Positions 10,406 to 19,824 of a DNA stretch of 64,000 bases are shown here, piece by piece. Within the stretch, counting starts at the first letter, position 1, and the number at the start of each line of letters is the position of its first letter. The stretch spans positions 15,431-79,430 of the forward strand of contig JBFMGD010000008.1 of assembly GCA_040751775.1 (NCBI GenBank), given 5' to 3'. The notes under the pieces were generated by a model. The model worked only from the letters and a program-made list of their open reading frames with translations. It was not told the origin of the DNA and did not search any database. Both the position numbers and the translations under genes were made by a program. This DNA comes from Bacillota bacterium (GTDB taxonomy: Bacteria > Bacillota > Dethiobacteria > DTU022).

Positions 10406-11043
10406 TCAAAAAGGTAAAGCCGCTTCTCTCTTAATAATTTCATCATTAAATTTATCATTGGGGCCAATTTCAAAGGTCTCCACCCCGTAGCCTTCTTTCA
10501 GTGTGCGGCGCACGTTGGAGCTGATACCCGATGCATCTGCAACCAGCCTTGCTGATAGATCAATAGTCTTATCATCCTGCTTCAGTTTCTTACCATGAAT
10601 CCTGCCGTCGGCATAGATAAAGTCTACAAACTCGGTACCGTATGCATACTCGACGCCAAAGCTTTCAGCCCACCCGGCCAGTCTCGCCAGAAATAGAGGC
10701 AGGTGCATTACGACAAAGGATAAAGGGTGCGCTTGGGATACCGGTCAAAGGCGGATTTACTGATGCCGTATTCAAATTCAGAGACATAATCTTCATCAGC
10801 AGTGGAGGGGGCAGGTACGCCAAACTTCTCAAACGCTTCTTTATCGATATGGAAAATGTCTAGCCGGCTGCCTAATTTCGCTTGGTCAGCCTTCTCCGCC
10901 ACCAAAACCTTGTACCCCTGTTCGGCCATCAGTTTGGCAAAATATGTACCGGCTGTGCCGGCGCCGACCACAATTAGATCATAATAGCTATGCTTCATCT
11001 CATAATCTCCCTGTGAAAACTTGTCGCGAACAAAGTATAGCAA
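10406..11043 (-). pseudogene. FAD-dependent oxidoreductase (geranylgeranyl-reductase-like), frameshifted at ~10708 and 3'-truncated
   Basis: N-terminal DLIVVGAGTAGT Rossmann motif in ORF 10708–11043. The continuation with the DASG motif is in a different frame in ORF 10406–10708. Total ~210 aa versus ~380 expected. Confidence 0.7.
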
Positions 11044-11467
11044 TATTCTGTATTAATTGTCAACTTGAATGTACCCAAAATATCCCAGGTATTTCCCCGG
11101 TTTTCCGATACTCTGAAATTTGTAGTATCGTCGTTCTGTCTGCAAGAGGCCGCACAGAGGGAGCTGAATTTGTGCATGATTAAGACCATTAACCTTCCTA
11201 CCGCAGATACACTAAAGTATAAACTGGAATCCGGTGATGTGGTTTTTGTTAAGAAGGCAACAAGCTTCTTTTCGACCCGATCTGTAAGCCAGTGTATCAC
11301 TGATTTATCGTACCTGCCCAAGACATTGGTTGGCCATAACCATCCTATTTGTAATATCCTCCGTCAATTATAAAAATTTTTCCAGTAATCCATGAAGCCT
11401 CTTCGCTAGCCAAGAACTTGGCGGTATCGGCTATGTCTCCCGGAGTTCCCAGTCTTTACTGGTTCGC

Positions 11468-12040
11468 TTATCCCGGAAAGGCGCTGTTGATTTTCGAAGG
11501 GTGACCACTTTTAACCTCGATGAGTATTATCCCATCTCCAAAGAGAATCCGCATAGTTATTACCAGTATATGTTCACAAACTTTTGGCGACCGGTTGGCA
11601 TACCCCTGGAAAATGTGAATATACCGGACGGCGAAGCCGCGGATACCGAGCAAGTCTGTCGCGTATATGAACAGAAAATCGCGCGGGCCGGAGGCATTGA
11701 TTTTATCGTATTGGGGATAGGCGGAAACGGGCATATCGGTTTTAACGAGCCGCAGGATCATTTAACCGCCGATACCCACCTGACCCATTTAAGCGAGGAG
11801 ACGATCGCGGCAAACAGCAGGTTTTTCGCGCGGCCGGAAGATGTCCCCAGGATGGCTCTAACCATGGGGATAGGAACGATTATGAAAGCGCGCGAGATTC
11901 TCTTGCTGGTCGCGGGCAGAGGCAAGGCCGATATTATTAAGAAAACCCTCGCCGGCGGGGTCAGGACCGATGTGCCCGCCTCCTTATTGCAGGTTCATCC
12001 GCGGGTTACGGTTTTGCTGGAAAAAGCGGCTTCCAGTTGA
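11468..12040 (+). pseudogene. nagB: Glucosamine-6-phosphate deaminase (NagB) 3' fragment, missing ~65 N-terminal residues
   Basis: …VDFRRVTTFNLDEY… matches the NagB TFNMDEY motif and the rest aligns to the NagB C-terminus. No upstream start or N-terminal domain. Confidence 0.7.
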
Positions 12041-12062
12041 CCATGAGATCTATAATTTAATC

Positions 12063-12215
12063 ATTCCTTCCCAGAGGAGATCTCTTCATCACTGCTTTCT
12101 CCGGTAAGAATACGAGCAATGTCGACGCCCTCTTTACGTAGGGCCGCCTTACGGTAGAAGTACCAGGCCATGCCCAGGGCTACGCAGGCCAGGTAGATTA
12201 GTGTTGACTCGATGC
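12063..12215 (-). pseudogene. 3' fragment of an unidentified membrane-protein gene
   Basis: Frame reading …MAAGISTSIESTLIYLACVALGMAWYFYRKAALRKEGVDIARILTGESSDEEISSGKE* has a hydrophobic helix plus a charged tail. It is fused upstream to an unrelated fragment. Confidence 0.3.
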
Positions 12216-12229
12216 TGGTGGAGATCCCG

Positions 12230-12400
12230 GCTGCCATGAACCAGGCAGCGGACTTGTGCGTCCTCCTTCACTTCCCGCATGACAGCGGAAAGTTCGGCCC
12301 AGGTTTCCCGCCGCACGGCGTTGAGCACCGCGGGACGGTTCAGGGTGATCAAACCGACCTGATCTTTGACAGTATAAGTAATGTCGTGTCTCTCCATCAA
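12230..12400 (-). pseudogene. Enoyl-CoA hydratase/crotonase 5' fragment (~55 aa)
   Basis: MMERHDITYTVKDQVGLITLNRPAVLNAVRRETWAELSAVMREVKEDAQVRCLV is a typical crotonase N-terminus. It loses frame before the oxyanion-hole motif. Confidence 0.6.
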
Positions 12401-12700
12401 TCAAACCTCCCCTTTCCGTAAAGTAGGCTTTATCGCGGGGCCGGGGCGCTCATCCGTTTTGCAGGATTTTACCGGGACGGCTCTCCCGGCGCGCCTAAGC
12501 TTTGCCGAGGAGCCGCCGGGCGTTCCCTCCGAGAATCCCTTCCTGATCTCATCGCTGAAAGGCCAGTGCTCCTTGATCTCGTCGATGCCGCGCTTCATGT
12601 CGAGCATCGGGGCGGCGGGTAACCCAACCCTGGATGTTCATACCGATGGCGCCCCATTTCCTGGCTTCGCGAAGCACCTCCACCGGGTCCGGGTCGACCT
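12401..12700 (-). pseudogene. Amidohydrolase-2 family fragments, paralogous to the intact gene at 62059–62922
   Basis: MLDMKRGIDEIKEHWPFSDEI… matches MLDMKRGIDEIREFWPLSDAV… at 62.9 kb. EVDPDPVEVLREARKWGAIGMNIQGW matches EVDPDPVAVLREARKWGAVGLNIQGW. There are internal deletions. Confidence 0.75.
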
Positions 12701-12757
12701 CACTATTTTATTGATTTATAACTGGTTCGCTTACGTCATACTACTGGTTGCTAAAAA

Positions 12758-12872
12758 AGAACCAATTATTCTTCCTGGACATAATATAAATCATGCTACA
12801 CGTTTTAGTGCAAAGTATAGATTATTCAAGGCTGACTCTATGACCGCTTCTTTCTTAATAATTTCATCATTG
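12758..12872. repeat. Direct repeat copy B (uninterrupted)
   Basis: See copy A. It ends 15 bp before the first glycosyltransferase gene. Confidence 0.75.
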
Positions 12873-12886
12873 TTGGTGATCAAGAT

Positions 12887-14080
12887 ATGAGTCGTTTAAC
12901 TCGGCCATCGATCTATGTTGTTACTCCCGGCACCTATCCAATACCGGCCAATCTGACCGGTTCTGTAGAGCTTTCGGTTATGCAGATATTCCCCTACCTA
13001 GCATCATCATATCAGGTTACTGTGATTGGGCGAAAGCAGCAGGGCGTCTTGCCTTCTTTAGATCATGTGGGATTGACGCGAAACCTTTATGTGTGCGGCG
13101 GAAAAGTTAATTTTGTCCAGATCCAGTCAACGATTAAGGATTACCCTGATCAATTGGCCCAACATCTTTCTCAGGGAATCAAATCAATTATTCACGTAGA
13201 AAACAGGCCCGCGTTGGTCAGTCGAATCAAAGAGCGCTACCCGCTATCTAAAATTTGGCTAAATTTGCACTCAATTACCTTTTTAGCGCCAGGCAAAAAT
13301 AATAACCATGATTTGGGTAATGCGCTTTCCCTTGCGGACAGAATTAGCGTGAACAGCGAGTTTTTGAAGCAGTATGTCTCTCATTTATTTCCCGCAATAC
13401 AACATAAAGTGTGGGTAAACTATCCTGGGGTCAACCATTTACATTATTTCCCTAGCTGTGAATCAAAAAATTATTTACGAAGAGGAACGGTTGCCGGTTT
13501 TTCTTCCCATGGACCGGTAATCCTTTATGTCGGCCGATTAAGGAAAATGAAAGGGGTTGATCACTTAATCAGGGCTTTCACCAGGGTCATCTCCGTTTAC
13601 CCATCTGCTCAGCTTTTAGTGATCGGGTCATCGGATTACACTGCTTATAAAGAATCAAGTTACACGCGGAGCCTGAAAATACTTGCTTCTTCATTGGGAT
13701 TGGAAAAGAACATCACCTTTAAGCCCCATACATCCGCCGATGAGCTGGTCAAGTGGTATCAGGTTAGCGATGTTTTTGTCTGTCCCTCGATTGTTAATGA
13801 AGCATTTGGGTTGGTTAACCTGGAAGCGATGTCATGTGGTATCCCGGTGATTGCATCTAAGATTGGTGGGATTCCGGAGGTAGTCGAGCACAATTATTCC
13901 GGTTTATTAGTCCCGCTTGATTACCATGAGGAGAGGTTGGCGGAAGCGATCCTCACTTTGGCCATGCATCCGGAGAGAGCCCGCCTTTTTGGGATGAACG
14001 GTCGTGTGAGAGTGCTTAATAAATTTACCTGGAAACACACGGCCGAGCGGTTAAAAAAGGACTATCAAGATCATTATTAA
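12887..14080 (+). CDS. GT4-family (GT-B) glycosyltransferase
   Basis: C-terminal EAFGLVNLEAMSCGIPVIASKIGGIPEVV (EX7E-type retaining GT4 motif). Confidence 0.85.
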   Translation: MSRLTRPSIYVVTPGTYPIPANLTGSVELSVMQIFPYLASSYQVTVIGRKQQGVLPSLDHVGLTRNLYVCGGKVNFVQIQSTIKDYPDQLAQHLSQGIKSIIHVENRPALVSRIKERYPLSKIWLNLHSITFLAPGKNNNHDLGNALSLADRISVNSEFLKQYVSHLFPAIQHKVWVNYPGVNHLHYFPSCESKNYLRRGTVAGFSSHGPVILYVGRLRKMKGVDHLIRAFTRVISVYPSAQLLVIGSSDYTAYKESSYTRSLKILASSLGLEKNITFKPHTSADELVKWYQVSDVFVCPSIVNEAFGLVNLEAMSCGIPVIASKIGGIPEVVEHNYSGLLVPLDYHEERLAEAILTLAMHPERARLFGMNGRVRVLNKFTWKHTAERLKKDYQDHY

Positions 14081-14110
14081 TGCTCGACCTGACCCGAAAC
14101 AATAAAAGGC

Positions 14111-15679
14111 TTGATCAATGTGTCATTCTGTCATCAAAATATACCATTATACAGGCCGCGTTTATCTGTGGTTATACCGGCAAAAAACGAAGCAAAAACA
14201 ATAGAGAGAGTGATAATGGAAGCCGGATCAGTCACAGATAGTGCCGAAATTATAGTAGTCTGTAACGGCAGTAACGATCAGTCGGCCGACATGGCCCGGA
14301 AAAAGGGAGCCCGTATCATCTGGTGCGAAGAAGATCTTGGTTATGATGTAGGACGTGCTATCGGGGCCAAATATGCAAATGGGGAGATTATCCTTTTTCT
14401 TGACGCTGACTATGTTGTTCCGGCTTTAACTTTAAGAGAGCTTTATTTGGATGTAAAAAGGGGCTATGATGTTGTCTTAAATAAGTACTCGGGCTTTCGG
14501 TCCAGGGTAAAAATTCATGTCACCTCCCAGGCAAAGAGGCTGTTAAATAAATACCTGGCCAAGGACAATTTAATCGGTAGCTCCATGACCACCACCCCCC
14601 ATGCTCTCAGCAGGAGAGCCTTGGAAACGATCGGCTATCATGCCCTGGCCGTGCCACCTTTAGCTTTGGCGAAAGCGGCCCTAAATCAATTGAAGATCCA
14701 CCGTTCGGCCAGGATTGATGTCGGCCGGTTCAACAAACGAAAGCCGAATCGAGAAGAAGTAAAAGACTTAATCATGGGGGATCATGCTGAAGCCATCGCG
14801 TATCTGATCCGGAAGAAGGGGATCAGAGGAGGCTTTGCGGACTTCCAGCGGCACCGCGAGGTTCTTGATCTGATTGAGCATCATGTAACGAGAATCAATG
14901 ATCAAGATAATGGACGCGCAAACAATGACTGTTTAAATTTATCGGTAGTCATACCGGCGCTTAATGAAGAAAAAACAATCGGTCCTCTGATAACAAATCT
15001 CAAACAGTTGCGGCCCAAAGAAATTCTGGTTGTTGAAAATGGTTCCACGGACCAAACATTACGGGTTTGTTATAACCATGGTGTAAAGATTTTATCTTTT
15101 ACCAGCCCGCTTGGCCATGATGTCGGTAGAGCGATCGGCGCCAAAGAAGCAAAGGGAGATTATATCCTTTTTCTCGACGGCGATATTATTTTCACCCCGG
15201 AAGAGTTGAGACCCTATGTGAACTTTTCTAATTGCGGCGCCGATATTCTGTTGAATAATATTAACCCTTTTTTTATGCTGTCTTCCATGATTGATTATAT
15301 CAGTATGGCGAATGCTCTGCTTAACAGTGCTTTATCCTTGCCTCAGCTGCAGTATTCTTCACTTACCTCAATCCCCCATGTGATACGCCGGTCGGCTGTT
15401 AACCTAATCGGTTTTCAAAACCTTGCCGTTCCCCCCAAAGCACTGGCGATCGCCGTGCTAAAGGGACTGAAGATTCAGCAAGCGGCCGGAATTAACGTAC
15501 TGGTTAGAAACCCTGTCAGGGAGCACAACAGGCGCAAAAAAAATAAAATCGAGGAGCTAATCCTGGGAGACCACCTCGAAGCGATTGAGCATGTCCAATC
15601 AGTGATCGGGAATCGCTTATTCCTTCCGGATACCAATCGCCGGCGGTACTTGATCGATCATGAATGGAAGATAATGTAA
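14111..15679 (+). CDS. Tandem-duplicated GT-A glycosyltransferase (two GT2/GT81-like domains in one chain)
   Basis: The two halves align: LSVVIPAKNEAKTI…LGYDVGRAIGAKYANGEIILFLDADYV versus LSVVIPALNEEKTI…LGHDVGRAIGAKEAKGDYILFLDGDII, and LAVPPLALAKAALNQLKI versus LAVPPKALAIAVLKGLKI. Confidence 0.8.
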   Translation: MINVSFCHQNIPLYRPRLSVVIPAKNEAKTIERVIMEAGSVTDSAEIIVVCNGSNDQSADMARKKGARIIWCEEDLGYDVGRAIGAKYANGEIILFLDADYVVPALTLRELYLDVKRGYDVVLNKYSGFRSRVKIHVTSQAKRLLNKYLAKDNLIGSSMTTTPHALSRRALETIGYHALAVPPLALAKAALNQLKIHRSARIDVGRFNKRKPNREEVKDLIMGDHAEAIAYLIRKKGIRGGFADFQRHREVLDLIEHHVTRINDQDNGRANNDCLNLSVVIPALNEEKTIGPLITNLKQLRPKEILVVENGSTDQTLRVCYNHGVKILSFTSPLGHDVGRAIGAKEAKGDYILFLDGDIIFTPEELRPYVNFSNCGADILLNNINPFFMLSSMIDYISMANALLNSALSLPQLQYSSLTSIPHVIRRSAVNLIGFQNLAVPPKALAIAVLKGLKIQQAAGINVLVRNPVREHNRRKKNKIEELILGDHLEAIEHVQSVIGNRLFLPDTNRRRYLIDHEWKIM

Positions 15680-15885
15680 TCTAAATCGAAAAACTTGCTA
15701 CTAAGCATAGGCTTGTTAATTTGGCCTCATTGTCCAAGACGGCGTTTTTACATATTTTATTAGCACACCTTCTTTAATGCTTAATAAGATATATTGGAGC
15801 ATATCTCAGATATATCAACTGAATATATTTAGCAGTATAAACTCAGTTGGTTTAATTAACCAAGGTTAAAAAATGGAGAAATACA

Positions 15886-16812
15886 ATGAACAAAAAGAAA
15901 ATCCTTATTCTCGGTGTGGCCGGTATGCTGGGTCACGCATTGTTTGTCTATCTTTCCAAGCTAGATAATTTGGATGTTTATGGAACCGCCAGAAATATAA
16001 CCGGACTTTCAGGGTTATTTGGATCTGAGCTGATGAAAAAAATACAGGACAATGTGAATGCACATAATTTTGATTCAATTGTTCATATGATCGCCGAAAC
16101 TAAGCCGGATCTGGTCATTAACTGCATTGGTATGATCAAGCAAGTGCCCGCGGCTCGCGATAATATTGAGACAATTTCAATGAATGCGCTTTTACCGCAT
16201 CGGATTGCCAGGATTTGCGGCATTTCCGGGTCACGGTTGTTACAGATAAGCACTGATTGCGTGTTTGATGGTGTAACAGGATCCTACCATGAGAGCGACA
16301 CTCCCAACCCTACGGATCTCTATGGAAGAACGAAACTATTGGGTGAATTAAATGACGCGCATTGTCTCACCCTGCGCACATCGATCATCGGTCATGAACT
16401 TAAGGATAAACATGGACTGATCGAATGGTTCCTTGGACAACAAAGCAGGGTTCGCGGGTTTACAAATGCCATTTATTCCGGGTTCCCAACAGTTGAAATA
16501 GCGTGGATTATCGGTAAATATGTGATCCCGAACCCAAAATTGACCGGACTTTATCATCTATCTGCAGATGCAATTTCAAAATATGATCTGCTCAGATTAG
16601 TTGCCGTTCAGTATAACAAACAAATTGAAATCGAACCTTGCAACGATTTTCATCTGGATCGGTCACTTGATTCTACCTTGTTCCGGCAGGTTACCGGTTA
16701 TAGCTCCCCTCCATGGCCTGAACTCGTCTCTAAAATGTACCAAGATTATATGACAGCGCCACACTATCAAAAAACCAGTTATTGGAAGAGGAACAAAGAA
16801 GTTGCTATTTGA
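15886..16812 (+). CDS. NAD(P)-dependent sugar-nucleotide reductase/epimerase (RmlD-substrate-binding-like; FnlB/CapF-role candidate)
   Basis: ILILGVAGMLGHALF Rossmann motif and extended SDR fold. Sits in a trio with a CapD-type dehydratase and a 2-epimerase. Confidence 0.7.
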   Translation: MNKKKILILGVAGMLGHALFVYLSKLDNLDVYGTARNITGLSGLFGSELMKKIQDNVNAHNFDSIVHMIAETKPDLVINCIGMIKQVPAARDNIETISMNALLPHRIARICGISGSRLLQISTDCVFDGVTGSYHESDTPNPTDLYGRTKLLGELNDAHCLTLRTSIIGHELKDKHGLIEWFLGQQSRVRGFTNAIYSGFPTVEIAWIIGKYVIPNPKLTGLYHLSADAISKYDLLRLVAVQYNKQIEIEPCNDFHLDRSLDSTLFRQVTGYSSPPWPELVSKMYQDYMTAPHYQKTSYWKRNKEVAI

Positions 16813-17860
16813 GAATAAAGTAATCGTCATTACGGGAGGAACCGGGTCTTTAGGGAAGGTGCTGACCCGCCGTTTACTGTTAAATGAATATGGATGTCCC
16901 AAAAAGATCATTATTTTCTCCAGGGACGAAGCAAAACAGCATTTTATGCGTATCGAGTACGAAAAAAGTAAGAAAGCCACGGACGAAGTAATTTACCGCA
17001 ATTTTGAGCGCTTGCTCGAATTCAGGATTGGTGATATCCGCAATTACCACTCTGTCTGTTCGGTACTGAAAGGGGCGGACATTGTAATCAATGCGGCTGC
17101 CCTTAAACAGGTTCCTTCCTGTGAATACTTTACTTATGAAGCCGTGCTGACTAATATTATCGGCGCCCAAAACATTGTGTCGGCCATAAGTGAAAATAAT
17201 CTTGAAATAGAAACGGTAATCGGGGTTTCTACCGATAAAGCCTGCAAGCCGGTCAATGTGATGGGAATGTGCAAGGCTTTGCAAGAACGGGTTTTTATTG
17301 CCGCGAATATTACAATCCCGGGAACCCGTTTTATTTGTGTGCGTTACGGTAATGTTCTCGCTTCCCGTGGCTCCGTAATACCTTTATTTCACGAACAAAT
17401 ATTGCATGGTGGCCCTGTTACCATTACGACAAAAGAGATGACCCGTTTCTTGTTGCCGCTGGAACAGGCTGTGGATACTATTTTTACCGCGATCAAAACA
17501 GCTAATCCCGGTGAGATATATGTTCCCAAGGTTCCTGCGGCAAGAATTGTTGATGTGGCGAAAGGGCTCATCAATAACCGTGAAATAGAGATCGTCTATA
17601 CGGGCATTCGTCCCGGGGAAAAAGTACATGAAATCTTGGTTTCCGATGAAGAAGCCTGGCGAACATTAGTATATGGAGAATATTACATTATCACATCGAT
17701 GCTTCCGGAACTGGCCAAGAAAGAATCAGGTTTACAGGCTTTAAACAAAGAATACAGTTCAGAAAATTCTTTAATGACATTTGAGGAGACCGTGCATCTT
17801 TTAGAGAAGCATCACTTGATGATCGGTCAGGAGATCAAAGAAGAGGAGTTCTTGTCATGA
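16802..17860 (+). CDS. UDP-GlcNAc 4,6-dehydratase, CapD/FnlA/PseB-like
   Basis: KVIVITGGTGSLGKVL N-terminus and polysaccharide-biosynthesis CapD-like fold. Overlaps the upstream gene, consistent with an operon. Confidence 0.8.
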   Translation: MLFENKVIVITGGTGSLGKVLTRRLLLNEYGCPKKIIIFSRDEAKQHFMRIEYEKSKKATDEVIYRNFERLLEFRIGDIRNYHSVCSVLKGADIVINAAALKQVPSCEYFTYEAVLTNIIGAQNIVSAISENNLEIETVIGVSTDKACKPVNVMGMCKALQERVFIAANITIPGTRFICVRYGNVLASRGSVIPLFHEQILHGGPVTITTKEMTRFLLPLEQAVDTIFTAIKTANPGEIYVPKVPAARIVDVAKGLINNREIEIVYTGIRPGEKVHEILVSDEEAWRTLVYGEYYIITSMLPELAKKESGLQALNKEYSSENSLMTFEETVHLLEKHHLMIGQEIKEEEFLS

Positions 17861-18942
17861 AGGTGCTGACGGTTTTAGGGACCCGCCCGGAAATAATTCG
17901 CCTGAGCCGGATCATGCCGGTTCTCGATCGCCTTTGTGACCACGTTGTGGTAAATACCGGCCAGAACTACGACCGGAATCTTAATGCCATCTTTTTTGCG
18001 GAACTGGGCTTGAGACAACCTGACTATATTTTAGCTTGCCAGTGCAAGAGTCCAATTGAACAGATCTGCACAATCCTTGAGGGCTGTGAAAAGGTCATGC
18101 TAAAGGAGCAACCGGATCGGCTCTTGATTCTAGGTGACACCAATAGTACCCTGTCGGCCATGGCCGCCAAAAGAATGGGTATCCCGGTCTTCCATATGGA
18201 GGCCGGCAATCGCTGTTACGACGATCGCGTTCCGGAGGAAGTAAACCGCCGCATCGTTGATCACTGTAGCGATATCTTAATGCCTTATACCGAGCGGAGT
18301 AGAGCCAACCTTATTCGGGAAGGGATTGCCGGTCAGCGGATTTATGTAACCGGCAATCCGATTATGGAAGTTCTGACCTATTATGCCCGGAGGATTGAAG
18401 AAAGCCGGGCTTTACATAAACTTGGTTTGGAGACTAAAAAGTTTTTTTTGGTGACCCTGCACCGGGCAGAGAATGTCGATCTGGAAGAGCGTCTCACTCA
18501 ATTTATCAAAGCGTTCCAACTCTTGAATGCCGAATATCAAATACCGGTGATTTGCAGTCTTCATCCGAGGACGCGATCACAACTCATGAAACGGGGTCAG
18601 ACGCTGGGTGGTGCAGGGATTCGGACTGTTGAACCTCTGGGATTATTTGATTTTGTGCATCTGGAAAAGAGCGCTTTTTGTGTTTTAAGTGACAGCGGGA
18701 CCGTCCAGGAAGAGTGCTGTATTTTGAAAATCCCTAATGTAACGCTGCGGGATGTTACCGAGCGGCCTGAGACGGTTGAAGTCGGCAGTAATATTGTTGC
18801 GGGCTGTGCACCGGAGGCCATCGTAGGGGCTGTAAAAACAGTCCTGGACCGGCCTGGCGATTGGGAACCGCCTCATGAATATTTGGCCGGGAGTGTCAGT
18901 AGCACTGTGGTCAAAATTGTCCTGGGGAATGCTTTGGTTTGA
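17857..18942 (+). CDS. UDP-N-acetylglucosamine 2-epimerase-family enzyme (FnlC/CapG-like)
   Basis: MKVLTVLGTRPEIIRLS…HMEAGNRCYDD… is a WecB-fold epimerase. Its pairing with the CapD and reductase genes suggests the UDP-L-FucNAc / 6-deoxy-L-HexNAc route. Confidence 0.8.
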   Translation: MKVLTVLGTRPEIIRLSRIMPVLDRLCDHVVVNTGQNYDRNLNAIFFAELGLRQPDYILACQCKSPIEQICTILEGCEKVMLKEQPDRLLILGDTNSTLSAMAAKRMGIPVFHMEAGNRCYDDRVPEEVNRRIVDHCSDILMPYTERSRANLIREGIAGQRIYVTGNPIMEVLTYYARRIEESRALHKLGLETKKFFLVTLHRAENVDLEERLTQFIKAFQLLNAEYQIPVICSLHPRTRSQLMKRGQTLGGAGIRTVEPLGLFDFVHLEKSAFCVLSDSGTVQEECCILKIPNVTLRDVTERPETVEVGSNIVAGCAPEAIVGAVKTVLDRPGDWEPPHEYLAGSVSSTVVKIVLGNALV

Positions 18943-18983
18943 GATCTTAGTGGTTGCGGAAGTAAAAAGAAGGGGATGGTTTT

Positions 18984-19820
18984 GTGCAGAAGCAGCCGCA
19001 GAATCAAAATAGGCCGTTTATTTTTGCGGGAAAGTATGATTTATCTTACCTCGTTTTCCCCGATTCCGCCATAGACCAGGATGTGGTGAGAGAGGGCGTT
19101 TACAGTGACTGGACAATACAGCTGCTGAGCCAGTTCCTGCCGGAAAACAGCATTATCCTGGATATTGGAGCAAATATCGGGGGGCTTGCGCTACCGCTAG
19201 CTAAAATGGTAGCTCCTCAGGGCGTTGTTTATGCTTTTGAGCCGGACTTCCAGAATGTAAGCCAACTGCAGATCAATAAGGAGCTGAATCAACTGGACAA
19301 TGTCGTGGTCCTGCCATTGGTTCTGCAGGATGATGCCCAGGTCGCAATGGTTTCCCTGTATATCAGGCGATCCACCGATCAAGAGGGGTTGGTAAATCGG
19401 GGGTTGTCAACCATTTTATGGATGCCGACCGATTATGTCCGAAAGGAAAGAGCCTTCTCCTCGACCATAGATGCCCAGGTCTGGGAACAACGGATCACGA
19501 AAGTTGATCTGATCAAGATCGATGTCGAGGGAGCCGAATTGAATGTCCTGCAGGGCGGTCACCGGACAATTGCCGGGCACCACCCGATCATCCTTTATGA
19601 GTTTTCCTCGGTCATTGATCATATGGCCAGCACTAACAACAGCGCTCAGGCTTATTATTATCTGAAAGAGATGGGATACAGGCAGTATGAAATGGCGAAG
19701 GGCTGGCTCCTGACAGAGATAAATAAACTTGACCGGGACTTCCCGTTAGTAAATATTCTCTGTTTTCATGAATCCAATTTACCGGAATCCTTGAAAACAC
19801 ATCGACTGAAGGGCGGATAA
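18984..19820 (+). CDS. FkbM-family SAM-dependent methyltransferase
   Basis: DIGANIGGLALPLAK…AFEPDFQN…KIDVEGAELNVLQG are FkbM/Methyltransf_21 hallmarks. Confidence 0.8.
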   Translation: MQKQPQNQNRPFIFAGKYDLSYLVFPDSAIDQDVVREGVYSDWTIQLLSQFLPENSIILDIGANIGGLALPLAKMVAPQGVVYAFEPDFQNVSQLQINKELNQLDNVVVLPLVLQDDAQVAMVSLYIRRSTDQEGLVNRGLSTILWMPTDYVRKERAFSSTIDAQVWEQRITKVDLIKIDVEGAELNVLQGGHRTIAGHHPIILYEFSSVIDHMASTNNSAQAYYYLKEMGYRQYEMAKGWLLTEINKLDRDFPLVNILCFHESNLPESLKTHRLKGG

Positions 19821-19824
19821 GTGT

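Noticed and set aside
12198-12890. ORFs 12198–12404(−), 12212–12421(+) and 12381–12890(+) in the decayed patch
   Set aside because: They read through fragment junctions and the direct repeat. They have no domain and are incompatible with the recognisable fragment frames. Treated as noise within pseudogene DNA.
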